Below, piece by piece: positions 37,862 through 47,354 of a DNA stretch of 64,000 nucleotides. The stretch is from Candidatus Nanopelagicales bacterium (GTDB lineage: Bacteria; Actinomycetota; Actinomycetes; S36-B12): assembly GCA_049315365.1 (NCBI GenBank), contig JBMOKH010000001.1:934-64933 (forward strand), read 5' to 3'. A program made the position numbers and the translations under genes. The notes below the pieces were generated by a model, which was not told the DNA's origin, made no database searches, and was given only the letters and a program-made list of their open reading frames with translations. Each line of letters begins with the position of its first letter. Within the stretch, counting starts at the first letter, position 1.

Positions 37862-38398
37862 TCAGCTCACTCGGATGACGACGCACCGGCGGGGCTCTTC
37901 ACCCTCAGACTCGCTCACCAGACCGGCCTCCGCCACCGCGTCATGCACGACCTTGCGCTCGAACGGAGTCATCGGGTCCATCGTCACCGGCGCTGATGTC
38001 GACTGCGCCTCGGTGATCGCGATGGCTGCCAACTCGACGAGCGCCGCCCGGCGCGCCGCCCGGAAGCCGGCGACGTCAAGCATGAGCCGTGATCGCTCAC
38101 CCGTCTCACGGGAGGCCGCCAACCGCGTCAACTCCTGAAGGGCGTCAAGGACCTCGCCTTTCGAACCGACGAGGTGACCAAGGTCGCCGGTGCGTACCTC
38201 GACGACCGACACCATTGCTCGGTTGCCCTCGACGTCGATGTCAATGTCACCATCAAGGTCGGCGATATCGAGGAGCCCTTCGAGGTAGTCCGCCGCAGCG
38301 TCACCCTCGCGCTCAAGGAGTGAGCCGGCCTTACTCGTCGACTCTGTCGCCTCTACTGCGCCAGCCTCAACCTCAGCCTGCGCCTGCTCATCCGTCAT
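37862..38398 (-). CDS. jag: Jag/KhpB-type RNA-binding protein (KH + R3H domains)
   Basis: Conserved slot after yidC. 'AADYLEGLLDI', 'LIGSKGEVLDALQ'-type KH block ('LVGSKGEVLDALQELT'). R3H region 'PFERKVVHDAVAE'. Confidence 0.9.
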   Translation of the reverse strand: MTDEQAQAEVEAGAVEATESTSKAGSLLEREGDAAADYLEGLLDIADLDGDIDIDVEGNRAMVSVVEVRTGDLGHLVGSKGEVLDALQELTRLAASRETGERSRLMLDVAGFRAARRAALVELAAIAITEAQSTSAPVTMDPMTPFERKVVHDAVAEAGLVSESEGEEPRRCVVIRVS

Positions 38399-38425
38399 GT
38401 TCTCTCCTACGTGTGTGATTGACAG

Positions 38426-39379
38426 CTACGAACTGCCCTTGCGCTTACTGCGCGGGGTCTTCTTCGGCTGCACTCTGGCTGGCGGTGCGTCTTCCGTCGC
38501 TTCGGGCTCAGCGCCCGCGGCTTGGTCTGAGGCGCTGCTCGCGGCAGCCTTGTCCTTCGCGCGCTGAGTCCTTCGGGCCTCACGTGCTTCGAAAGCGGGC
38601 GTACCCGGCTGCGGGTTGTTGCGGATGACCCAGAACTGCTGGCCCATCGACCATAGGTTCGTCGTGAACCAGTAGATGAGAACACCGATCGGGAAGTTGA
38701 TGCCACCGATGGCGAAGACGAGGGGGAATACGTACAGGAGGATCTTCTGCTGGCGCACCACGGGGTTGTCCGCCGCAGTGTTCTTCACGATCATCTGACG
38801 CTGGGTTAGGAAGGTGGTCGTCGTCATGGCAATGATGAGGATGAAGGCGAGAACCTTCGTATTGAGCGGGGTAAAGCCATCCTTGAACACTTCGTCGGCG
38901 CCCATGAACGTTCCGTAGAGCGGTGCACCGAAGATGGATGCGTCGTGTGCCTGGGCCAGCAGGCCTTCGTACTGGCTCCACTTGAACACGCCCTCGGGCA
39001 CGCTCATCGCGATCCCCTGCAGGACGCTGAAGAGCGCGAAGAAGATCGGGGCTTGAAGCAGGATTGGTAGGCACGAGGCCAACGGGTTCGTACCCGTCTC
39101 CTTGTACAGCTTCATCATCTCCTGCGACTGCTTTTCGCGGTCGCCGGCGTACTTCTTCTGGATCTCCTTCATCTGCGGCTGGATCAACTGCAGATTCCGC
39201 TGCGACTTGATCTGCTTGACGAAGAGCGGGATGAGGACGATGCGGATGACGATGACGAGGCCGACGATTGAGAGTGCCCAGGTCCAGCCACTCGCAGGGT
39301 CCATGAAGTTGCTCAGCAATTGATGGAACTGGACGAGAATCCAGCTCACACCGGTGCGGAGCCAATCGAGAATGAACAT
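38426..39379 (-). CDS. yidC: Membrane protein insertase YidC
   Basis: 'LIPLFVKQIKSQRNLQLIQPQMKEIQKKY', 'NPLASCLPILLQAPIFFALF', 'YWFTTNLWSMGQQ'. Lys/Arg-rich C-terminal tail. Confidence 0.95.
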   Translation of the reverse strand: MFILDWLRTGVSWILVQFHQLLSNFMDPASGWTWALSIVGLVIVIRIVLIPLFVKQIKSQRNLQLIQPQMKEIQKKYAGDREKQSQEMMKLYKETGTNPLASCLPILLQAPIFFALFSVLQGIAMSVPEGVFKWSQYEGLLAQAHDASIFGAPLYGTFMGADEVFKDGFTPLNTKVLAFILIIAMTTTTFLTQRQMIVKNTAADNPVVRQQKILLYVFPLVFAIGGINFPIGVLIYWFTTNLWSMGQQFWVIRNNPQPGTPAFEAREARRTQRAKDKAAASSASDQAAGAEPEATEDAPPARVQPKKTPRSKRKGSS

Positions 39380-39399
39380 GAGTTCCCTTGCGAGTCGTG

Positions 39400-39750
39400 T
39401 CAGGTCAGGTGTCGAACGCGTGGTCTACCGTCTGGAAGTATGTCGGGTCGCCAGTTTCGACCTGATGGTACGGGGTCCAAACCCCCAGCATTCCATGGGT
39501 TGCAGCGAAGTAGGCGCCAGACGGTCAAGCCCACGCCCTTGATCGCACCATGCTGCTCGATGGACCTCAGCCCGTATTCAGAGCAGCTCGGGTAGAAGCG
39601 GCAACTCGGCATGAGGAGTTTCGACAGCGTGAGTTGATACCCCCTGATGAGGATGATGAGCAGCCACTTCAAGATCCAGCCCAGGGAGTGCGCCCAAAGC
39701 CAGTTGAGTTTGCTGAGGGCCGTCATCACTGCGCCGCCGACACCACTCAT
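39400..39750 (-). CDS. yidD: Membrane protein insertion efficiency factor YidD
   Basis: 'LIRGYQLTLSKLLMPSCRFYPSCSEYGLRSIEQHGAIKGVGLTVWRLLRCNPW'. ATG 39750 overlaps the rnpA stop (ATGA). The longer track ORF (to 40020) overlaps rnpA out of frame. Confidence 0.9.
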   Translation of the reverse strand: MSGVGGAVMTALSKLNWLWAHSLGWILKWLLIILIRGYQLTLSKLLMPSCRFYPSCSEYGLRSIEQHGAIKGVGLTVWRLLRCNPWNAGGLDPVPSGRNWRPDILPDGRPRVRHLT

Positions 39751-40100
39751 CGCGAGAGTTTCGTGGCTGCGCTCGCGAGCGCTGAGACCAGCTCTTCCCC
39801 GAGTAAGCGGCTCGATGCCGTGGCGGCTGGGGGTAGCGCCCGCACCACGACTGTGCTGCCGCTCGGCAGCGCTCCCAGTAGGCCACGCATCTGTGACCGC
39901 AGGCGGCGGGCCACCCGGTGGCGAACCACTGAACCCCCGACGCCTTTGCCGACAGACAGTCCGACACGGGTCAACAGCGCAGAATTCGCAGGAGGCGGGA
40001 TTACGTGGATGACAAGGCACGACCTCGACACGCGTATGCCTCGGCGAGACACCGACTGGAAGTCAGTCGACCTCCGAAGCCGGTTCTCGCTCGCGAGCAT
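39747..40100 (-). CDS. rnpA: Ribonuclease P protein component
   Basis: 'LASENRLRRSTDFQSVSRRG.R' N-terminus, 'GLSVGKGVGGSVVRHRVARRLR' (RNR motif). Position after rpmH. Confidence 0.9.
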   Translation of the reverse strand: MLASENRLRRSTDFQSVSRRGIRVSRSCLVIHVIPPPANSALLTRVGLSVGKGVGGSVVRHRVARRLRSQMRGLLGALPSGSTVVVRALPPAATASSRLLGEELVSALASAATKLSR

Positions 40101-40115
40101 GGCGTGGAGTCGAAC

Positions 40116-40250
40116 CTAGGCGGAGATGCGGGTGCGACCCTTGGCTCGGCGGCCAGCGAGGATCGCGCGGCCTGCGCGCGTGCGCATGCGCAGCCGGAAA
40201 CCGTGCGTCTTCGCCCGACGGCGGTTGTTGGGCTGGAAGGTGCGCTTCAT
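40116..40250 (-). CDS. rpmH: 50S ribosomal protein L34
   Basis: Hand-translated, as it is below the track's size cutoff: [44 protein letters not shown]. This is the canonical L34 sequence. Confidence 0.95.
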   Translation of the reverse strand: MKRTFQPNNRRRAKTHGFRLRMRTRAGRAILAGRRAKGRTRISA

Positions 40251-40411
40251 GGTCTGGCTCCTGGGCGAACGGTTGGGGAAGTCCGATAACCCGCTGAGCC
40301 TAGGCAGGAACCCGGCGGGCGGTCAAACTGACAGCGGACTCCATCACCGTCACCGCGCATACTTGTCGTACGGACAGGCCTTGGCTAGGTTTACCCTTGG
40401 TCAACGCACAG

Positions 40412-40443
40412 TGATCCACACCTGTGGATAACACTGTGGAAGG
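40412..40443. promoter_or_regulatory. DnaA boxes in the dnaA promoter/5' region
   Basis: TGATCCACA (40412..40420), tgtggataa = TTATCCACA reverse (40423..40431) and tgtggaagg (40435..40443), all just upstream of the dnaA ATG. Confidence 0.6.
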
Positions 40444-40471
40444 TCCCAGTGGCAAGTGGAAGGGGGGTCCC

Positions 40472-41917
40472 ATGGACGACCCTGCCGATCTCACTGCCGT
40501 GTGGGCTCTGGCCCTATCCACGCTGGCTGACGGAACCCTCACTCCACAGCAACGCGCATTCGTCGCACTCACCCGACCCCTTGGCCTGGTCGAGGATACG
40601 GCACTCATCGCCGCACCGAATGAGTTCACCAAGGACGTCCTCGAGACCCGTCTGCGCCCATTCGTTGTCAGTGCCCTCTCCGCGACTCTTGGCCGTGAGA
40701 TTCGGTTGGCGGTGACCGTCGATGCCACTATCGCCCCGGCCCTCGATGAGGTGACCACCGATGCCGTCGCGGACGCCACCTATGCCGATCGCCGGGCTCA
40801 ATCCGCGCCGGAGCCCGCAGTCCCGCGTTTCGACGACGGTCCGCGACCCGGCACCGGGTCGCCGACCACTCGCCCGCAGGACGGCCGGCTCAATGCGAAG
40901 TACACCTTCGACACCTTCGTCATCGGCTCCAGCAACCGCTTTGCCCATGCTGCCGCCGTGGCCGTCGCCGAGCGCCCGGCCGCCGCGTACAACCCCTTGT
41001 TCATCTACGGAGGTTCGGGGCTCGGGAAGACACATCTACTCCACGCGATCGGTCACTACACCCGCACCCTCTACAACGGCACCCGCGTTCGATACGTCAG
41101 TTCCGAGGAGTTCACGAACGAATTCATCAACAGCATCCGCGATGACAAGGCGGCCGCCTTCCAGCGGCGCTACCGCGATGTCGATGTCCTGATCGTCGAC
41201 GATATCCAGTTTCTCAGCGGCAAGGTGCAGACCCAGGAAGAGTTTTTCCACACCTTCAATACGCTGCACAACGCCGACAAGCAGATCGTCGTCACCTCAG
41301 ACCAGCCGCCCAAGCAACTGCCTGACTTCGAGGATCGGATGCGCTCGCGGTTCGAGTGGGGCCTCATGACCGATGTTCAACCACCCGACCTCGAGACACG
41401 CATCGCGATCCTGCGAAAGAAGACGGTTCAGGAGCGACTAGACGCTCCAGCTGAAGTCCTCGAGTACATCGCATCGAAGATCTCCAGCAACATCCGCGAA
41501 CTTGAAGGCGCCCTAATCCGCGTCACCGCCTTCGCGTCGCTCAATCGTCAGCCCGTCGATCTCGCGATAACCGAGATCGTTCTGAAGGACCTCTTCCCCT
41601 CCGAAACCGGACCTGAGATCACCGCCGGCCAGATCATGGCCGCTACCGCTTCCTACTTCGGTGTCACCATTGACGACCTCTGCGGCGCGAGCCGGTCCAG
41701 GGTGCTCGTGACCGCTCGGCAGATCGCCATGTATCTGTGCCGTGAGCTCACCGATCTATCGCTGCCGAAGATCGGGCAGGCATTCGGCGGCCGCGACCAC
41801 ACCACGGTCATGCACGCCGACCGCAAGATTCGCCAACTCATGGCTGAGCGACGCAGCCTGTTCAACCAGGTCACCGACCTCACCGGCCGGATCAAGTCAC
41901 AGCCCCGGACGATATAG
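40472..41917 (+). CDS. dnaA: Chromosomal replication initiator DnaA
   Basis: Walker A '[15 protein letters not shown]', '[12 protein letters not shown]', 'SDQPP', 'RFEWGL', DNA-binding 'HTTVMHA'. ATG 40472 has GAAGGGGGG upstream. The track's GTG at 40424 lies inside a DnaA box. Confidence 0.97.
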   Translation: MDDPADLTAVWALALSTLADGTLTPQQRAFVALTRPLGLVEDTALIAAPNEFTKDVLETRLRPFVVSALSATLGREIRLAVTVDATIAPALDEVTTDAVADATYADRRAQSAPEPAVPRFDDGPRPGTGSPTTRPQDGRLNAKYTFDTFVIGSSNRFAHAAAVAVAERPAAAYNPLFIYGGSGLGKTHLLHAIGHYTRTLYNGTRVRYVSSEEFTNEFINSIRDDKAAAFQRRYRDVDVLIVDDIQFLSGKVQTQEEFFHTFNTLHNADKQIVVTSDQPPKQLPDFEDRMRSRFEWGLMTDVQPPDLETRIAILRKKTVQERLDAPAEVLEYIASKISSNIRELEGALIRVTAFASLNRQPVDLAITEIVLKDLFPSETGPEITAGQIMAATASYFGVTIDDLCGASRSRVLVTARQIAMYLCRELTDLSLPKIGQAFGGRDHTTVMHADRKIRQLMAERRSLFNQVTDLTGRIKSQPRTI

Positions 41918-42406
41918 CACCACTCACGCACCATCATCACCAACCGGCTCACCTACCTTCTTGATCCCCACGTTTCCCACAGGTGTGGATAACTATTGGG
42001 GACGGTCACACCCAACACGCGCTGGGCACAACCTGTTGATCATCACCACACCCCGTACGAAATTTCCTCGTCTATCTGTGGACAACATCCATCGATGTCC
42101 GTTCGCACTTGCCACAGTCCGCTAGCTCTCCACACCCATCCACAGGTACCCCAACCCTTTCCACAATTCGCGCAGGCACCAACACGCACCCTCACCACGC
42201 GAATCGACCATCATCCACACTTTCCACAACACCTATGACGACGACTACACCTTCACCTATTCCCCATGTGCAACGATCATCAACCTGCCCCCTGTGGACA
42301 CTCCGCGGTGCCTGGCACCATTTCGTGCCAGACTCAGATCCATCCCCGTGTCATGGCGCAAGTGGGTAGGCGACATACTCAGGACTTTCGTATGAAGGGT
42401 GGCACC
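41918..42406. other. oriC: dnaA-dnaN intergenic DnaA-box cluster
   Basis: Nine-mers with the TCCACA core: tgtggataa 41984..41992 (-), tgtggacaa 42077..42085 (-), CTCTCCACA 42126, CCATCCACA 42136, CTTTCCACA 42157, TCATCCACA 42211, CTTTCCACA 42220 (all +) and tgtggacac 42293..42301 (-). Weaker TTTCCCACA at 41973. Confidence 0.8.
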
Positions 42407-43537
42407 GTGAAGTTTCGAGTCGAGCGTGATGTACTCGCCGACGCCGTCGCGTGGGCTGCCCGCACCCTTCCCTCGCGGCCATCGCTACCTGTACTCGCCG
42501 GCCTCGTCATCAGCGCTGGGGATGAGGAAGTCACACTCAGCAGCTTCGACTACGAGGTATCAGCCCGGGTCGAGATCGCGTGTGACGTTGAAGTGCCAGG
42601 CATCACACTTGTTTCGGGCCGACTGCTGTCGGACATAGCTCGCTCGCTCCCCGCGCAGCCCGTCACCCTCAGTGTTGAAGGTACGCGCGTCATCATCACG
42701 TGTGGGCGTTCGTCGTTCACGCTCCCCACACTGCCCGTCGAGGATTACCCGCAACTCCCGGTGATGCCATCCGCCTCAGGTGAGATCGCCGGCTCACTGT
42801 TTGCCACCGCAGTCGGACAGGTAGCCATAGCCGCCGGTCGCGACGACACCCTTCCGACGCTGACCGGTATTCGGCTCGAGATCGAGGGAACTCACCTCAT
42901 TCTCGCGGCGACAGATCGATACCGCCTTGCGGTCCGCGAGTTCGAGTGGAGTCCGCTATCGACTGGGCTCAGTGCCAACGCGCTCATCCCGGCGCGGACC
43001 TTAGCCGAGACCGCCAAGGCGCTCGCATCAGCCGACAAGATGAGCATCGCACTCGCCCCGCCTGGGGCTGGTGAGGGACTTATCGGCTTTCAGGGCAACG
43101 GACGCCGCACGACCGCGCGTCTCCTCGACGGTGAGTTCCCGAAGTACCGCACGCTGCTTCCGAATGAGGCTGCATCCATTGCTCTGGTTGAGACCGCGAT
43201 GCTCGCCGACGCAGTCAAGCGAGTGTCCTTGGTCGCGGAGCGCAATACCCCGGTGCGGCTGAACTTCGACGGTTCCGAGGTTGTCCTGCGCGCTGGGGCC
43301 GGTGATGACGCTACGGCGAACGAGGCCGTCGAATGCACTGTCGATGGTGATGCCCTCGAGATCGCGTTCAACCCGAACTACCTCCTTGATGGCCTCGCCG
43401 CGATTGACTCTCCGATAGCACGGTTCTCGTTCACGCAGCCAACACGTCCCGCAGTGCTCACTGGCCTCGCCGCCATATCTGCCACCCCCAGTGACGAGTA
43501 CCGCTACCTGTTGATGCCGGTCCGCTTGACCGGCTGA
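42407..43537 (+). CDS. dnaN: DNA polymerase III beta sliding clamp
   Basis: 'VKFRVERDVLADAVAWAARTLPSRPSLPVLAGL', '..MPVRL' C-terminus. GTG 42407 has AAGGGTGG upstream. ATG 42392 is an alternative start. The track ORF begins inside oriC. Confidence 0.96.
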   Translation: MKFRVERDVLADAVAWAARTLPSRPSLPVLAGLVISAGDEEVTLSSFDYEVSARVEIACDVEVPGITLVSGRLLSDIARSLPAQPVTLSVEGTRVIITCGRSSFTLPTLPVEDYPQLPVMPSASGEIAGSLFATAVGQVAIAAGRDDTLPTLTGIRLEIEGTHLILAATDRYRLAVREFEWSPLSTGLSANALIPARTLAETAKALASADKMSIALAPPGAGEGLIGFQGNGRRTTARLLDGEFPKYRTLLPNEAASIALVETAMLADAVKRVSLVAERNTPVRLNFDGSEVVLRAGAGDDATANEAVECTVDGDALEIAFNPNYLLDGLAAIDSPIARFSFTQPTRPAVLTGLAAISATPSDEYRYLLMPVRLTG

Positions 43538-43541
43538 TGTC

Positions 43542-44672
43542 ATGTGGGTTCACTCATTGACCCTCACGGACTTCAGATCCCACGGGCAGGTGAACCTCGA
43601 CCTCTCCCCGGGCGTCACGACCTTCGTGGGGCTCAATGGGCAGGGCAAGACGAACCTGGTCGAGGCCATCGGCTATGTCTCATCGCTGGCGAGTCACCGC
43701 GTTGCCTCGGACGCCCCCCTCGTGCGCCACGGCGCCGAAATCGCGTTCATCCGCTGCGGCATCACATCTGACGACCGCGAGATCACCGTGGATATTGCGA
43801 TCACGCCGGGTCGAGCGAACAAGGCACGGGTCAACCAGTCGCCGCTGCCGCGGATCCGCGATGTCCTCGGGCTCCTGCGCACTGTTCTCTTCGCACCGGA
43901 GGACCTCAGCCTGGTCAAGGGTGACCCGTCGGAGCGCCGGCGATTCCTCGACGACCTGCTCATTCAGCGCTCACCTCGACTAGCGGCGACGAGATCCGAT
44001 TATGAACGGGTGCTCAAGCAGCGGAACGCACTCCTGAAGTCAGCGAGCGTCACCCGGCGACGAGCCGAGGACGAGATGCTCCGGACCCTCGAAGTTTGGG
44101 ACGACCAGTTGGCAACCATCGGCGGGCAACTCGTCCACGAACGCGTCTGCCTTGTTGCTGATCTTCAACCCCTTACCGGGCACGAATATCAGATTGTGGC
44201 CGGGGCCGAGGGGTCCGCTCTGGGCCTGGCATACGTCTCCTCATTGGGTGACAGCGGTGAACAGCCCTCCGATAAGGATGCCTGGCGAACCCGGATCCTA
44301 GAAGAACTCGTGAACAGACGCGGCGACGAACTCAACCGGGGGCTGACTCTCGTCGGTCCGCACCGCGATGACCTGCTGCTGATGCTCGCCAACCTGCCTG
44401 CTAAGGGTTATGCCTCACACGGTGAGGCGTGGTCGATCGCACTCGCGCTGCGGCTTGCCTCGTTCGCATTGCTCCGACAGGACGGCGTCGACCCGGTGCT
44501 CATGCTGGACGACGTGTTCGCCGAACTCGACGCCACCCGCCGTGAACGGCTCGCGCAGCGGGTGTCGTCAGCCCAGCAGGTGCTCATCACCGCAGCCGTC
44601 GAGGCGGATGTCCCGTCTGCGCTGCACGGAGCCACCTTTCGGGTCTCACGCGAAAGCGTGGCGCTGGGATGA
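43542..44672 (+). CDS. recF: DNA replication and repair protein RecF
   Basis: 'LTLTDFRSH', Walker A 'GLNGQGKTNLVEAI', signature 'SHGEAWSIALALRLA', 'VLMLDDVFAELD'. Confidence 0.96.
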   Translation: MWVHSLTLTDFRSHGQVNLDLSPGVTTFVGLNGQGKTNLVEAIGYVSSLASHRVASDAPLVRHGAEIAFIRCGITSDDREITVDIAITPGRANKARVNQSPLPRIRDVLGLLRTVLFAPEDLSLVKGDPSERRRFLDDLLIQRSPRLAATRSDYERVLKQRNALLKSASVTRRRAEDEMLRTLEVWDDQLATIGGQLVHERVCLVADLQPLTGHEYQIVAGAEGSALGLAYVSSLGDSGEQPSDKDAWRTRILEELVNRRGDELNRGLTLVGPHRDDLLLMLANLPAKGYASHGEAWSIALALRLASFALLRQDGVDPVLMLDDVFAELDATRRERLAQRVSSAQQVLITAAVEADVPSALHGATFRVSRESVALG

Positions 44673-45166
44673 CCGACGACACTTCTGGCGAGGTCGCCGC
44701 AGGGCCCGGCGACGCAGCGAATAGGGCCCTGCGCCGGGCCACAAGCGGAGGCCCGCGCCGGGCTCAGGGGCCTTCGGCGAAGCCGCGGCTCTCAGGTCCT
44801 CGCTCCGATGGGCGAGATCCGAAACTGCTCGGTGACGCGGTCGAAGCCCTCCTCACGGATCAGGGTTGGTCGACCGCGAACGCTGTCGCCGGCCTCATGG
44901 CGCGCTGGCCGCAGGTTGTTGGGGCGGATCTTGCCGATCATGTCGTCCCGGAATCCTTCACCGACGGCCAACTCATCCTGCGCGCAGACTCCACCGCATG
45001 GGCGACTCAGGTCAGGCTTCTCCTCCCGCAACTGCGCACGGAGATCGACCGGGAGGTGGGTCGAGGGCTAGTAGCCGATATCTCCGTCGTGGGTCCACAG
45101 GCTCCGTCGTGGGTCGCCGGACCGAGGCGGGTCGCGGGACGGGGGCCGCGCGACACCTACGGCTAA
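44669..45166 (+). CDS. dciA: DUF721 protein (DciA-type helicase operator, Rv0004-like)
   Basis: Conserved recF-gyrB slot with ATGA overlap with recF. 'WPQVVGADLADHVVPESFTDGQLILRADSTAWATQVRLL'. Confidence 0.8.
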   Translation: MTDDTSGEVAAGPGDAANRALRRATSGGPRRAQGPSAKPRLSGPRSDGRDPKLLGDAVEALLTDQGWSTANAVAGLMARWPQVVGADLADHVVPESFTDGQLILRADSTAWATQVRLLLPQLRTEIDREVGRGLVADISVVGPQAPSWVAGPRRVAGRGPRDTYG

Positions 45167-45366
45167 CTCCGTCGATCACATCAGGGCCACGACAACCGTC
45201 GAAAGGTGCCGGTGGATACAGCAACACGGCCTGTGGCCAGACAATTCGATCTTGGCCCGTTCACGGCCGCGGCAGGCACCCTACTGTCAGTCTGAGGAGG
45301 TAGACTCAGAGAAAATCGCGGGCACTCGCCGAGTCAGCCCCACGTGATCGAGGAGGCCCGACGCCT

Positions 45367-47331
45367 GTGTCATACGACGCTAGCGCGATCACCGTTCTGG
45401 AGGGCCTCGACGCCGTCCGCAAGCGGCCCGGCATGTACATCGGTTCCACCGGCGAACGAGGACTCCACCATCTGGTGTACGAGGTAGTCGATAACTCCGT
45501 CGATGAGGCGCTCGCCGGCTACGCCACCAGCATCTCGATCACGCTCCTCGCCAATGGCGGCGTCCGCGTCATCGACGATGGTCGTGGCATCCCGGTCGAT
45601 GAGCACCCCATCGAGAAGAAACCGGCGCTCGAGGTCGTCCTGACTGTCCTCCACGCGGGCGGCAAGTTCGGCGGCAGCGGCTACTCAGTCTCCGGTGGCC
45701 TGCACGGCGTGGGGGTGTCGGTCGTCAACGCACTGTCGAACCGCCTTGATGTCGAAGTCCGCCGCGATGGTTCCGTTTACCGGCAGGTGTATCGCTACGG
45801 CGTCCCGGAGGCCGCCCTCGATAAGGGAGAGGCCACCACCGCGACCGGCACCACGATCACCTTCTGGGCCGACGCGGATATCTTCGAGACCACCCACTAT
45901 GACTTCACCACCCTCGCGCGCCGCTTCCAGGAGATGGCGTTCCTGAACAAGGGCCTCGTCCTTGAGATTGTCGATGAGCGTGAGGCGGTGGTCATCGAGG
46001 GTGAGGATGGCGAGGAGCCGGTCGAGGCAGTTCGCTCCGCACGCTTCTGCTACGAGGGCGGCATAGCTGACTTCGTACGGCACATCAACGCGAGCAAGGG
46101 CGTCGCGAACCCGAGCATCATCTCCTTCGAAACGGAGACCGATGACCACCGCATGAGCGCCGAGATTGCCATGCAGTGGAACACCACCTACTCGGAGTCG
46201 GTCTACACCTTCGCGAACACAATCAACACCACTGAGGGCGGCACGCACGAGGAGGGGTTCCGGTCAGCGATGACCACGCTCGTGAACAAGTTCGCGCGTG
46301 AGTGGAACATCCTCAAGGAGAAAGACCCCAACCTCAGCGGCGAGGACATCCGCGAGGGGCTCACCGCGATCATCAGCGTGAAGATGACCGAGCCGCAGTT
46401 CGAGGGCCAGACCAAGGCGAAGCTTGGCAACACCGAGATGAAAACCTTCGTCCAGAAGGTCGTCAACGAGCAGCTTGGTGAGTGGTTCGAGAAGAACCCG
46501 GCGGAGGGCAAGGAGATCGCCCGCAAATCGGTCAACGCTGCCACGGCACGGATCGCTGCCCGCAAGGCACGGGATCTCGCCAGGAACCGCAAGGGTCTTC
46601 TAGGCGGCGCCGGCATGCCTGGCAAGCTGATCGACTGCTCAAGTCGCGACCCGGAGGAGTGCGAGGTCTTCATCGTCGAGGGCGATTCAGCCGGTGGCTC
46701 AGCTCGACAGGGACGCGACCCGCGCCGTCAGGCGATCCTCCCGATCCGCGGAAAGATCCTCAACGTCGAGAAGGCGCGCATCGACAAGGTGTTGCAGAAT
46801 AACGAGGTTCAGGCTCTAGTGTCGGCCTTCGGCACCGGAGTGCAAGATGAGTTCGATATCAATCGGCTCAGATATCACAAAGTCGTTCTCATGGCGGATG
46901 CCGATGTCGACGGCCAGCACATCCGAACCCTGCTACTCACCTTGCTGTTCCGATTCATGAGGCCGCTCGTCGACCAGGGCCATGTCTTCCTCGCGCAACC
47001 ACCCCTTTACAAGATCAAGTGGTCGCGTGAGACTGCCGAGTTCGCCTACACCGACCGCGAGCGCGATGCGATCGTCGAGGCGGGCTTCGCCGCTGGGCGC
47101 CGACTCCCCAAGGACGAGGCAATCCAGCGCTACAAGGGCCTCGGCGAGATGAATGCGGATGAGTTGTGGGACACCACGATGGACCCGGAGCACCGAGTCC
47201 TGCTGCAGGTCACCCTCGACGACGCCGCCCAGGCCGACGAGATGTTCAGCGTCCTCATGGGCGAGGACGTCGAGTCCCGCCGAAACTTCATCCAGCAGAA
47301 CGCTCGCGACGTCCGCTTCCTCGATATCTAG
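45367..47331 (+). CDS. gyrB: DNA gyrase subunit B
   Basis: '[18 protein letters not shown]', '[15 protein letters not shown]', 'GGLHGVG', 'EGDSAGG', '[12 protein letters not shown]', '[12 protein letters not shown]'. Confidence 0.98.
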   Translation: MSYDASAITVLEGLDAVRKRPGMYIGSTGERGLHHLVYEVVDNSVDEALAGYATSISITLLANGGVRVIDDGRGIPVDEHPIEKKPALEVVLTVLHAGGKFGGSGYSVSGGLHGVGVSVVNALSNRLDVEVRRDGSVYRQVYRYGVPEAALDKGEATTATGTTITFWADADIFETTHYDFTTLARRFQEMAFLNKGLVLEIVDEREAVVIEGEDGEEPVEAVRSARFCYEGGIADFVRHINASKGVANPSIISFETETDDHRMSAEIAMQWNTTYSESVYTFANTINTTEGGTHEEGFRSAMTTLVNKFAREWNILKEKDPNLSGEDIREGLTAIISVKMTEPQFEGQTKAKLGNTEMKTFVQKVVNEQLGEWFEKNPAEGKEIARKSVNAATARIAARKARDLARNRKGLLGGAGMPGKLIDCSSRDPEECEVFIVEGDSAGGSARQGRDPRRQAILPIRGKILNVEKARIDKVLQNNEVQALVSAFGTGVQDEFDINRLRYHKVVLMADADVDGQHIRTLLLTLLFRFMRPLVDQGHVFLAQPPLYKIKWSRETAEFAYTDRERDAIVEAGFAAGRRLPKDEAIQRYKGLGEMNADELWDTTMDPEHRVLLQVTLDDAAQADEMFSVLMGEDVESRRNFIQQNARDVRFLDI

Positions 47332-47354
47332 CACCTTGACCAACGGAGATTCCT

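Noticed and set aside
40424-40471. GTG at 40424 as the dnaA start (track annotation)
   Set aside because: That GTG lies inside a perfect DnaA box (tgtggataa). ATG 40472 has a strong purine-rich SD and gives a conventional N-terminus.
41742-42369. Three overlapping His/Pro/Thr/Ser-rich ORFs across the dnaA-dnaN spacer
   Set aside because: They are artefacts of translating the repeated TCCACA DnaA boxes (S-T/H-P codons). The region is oriC.
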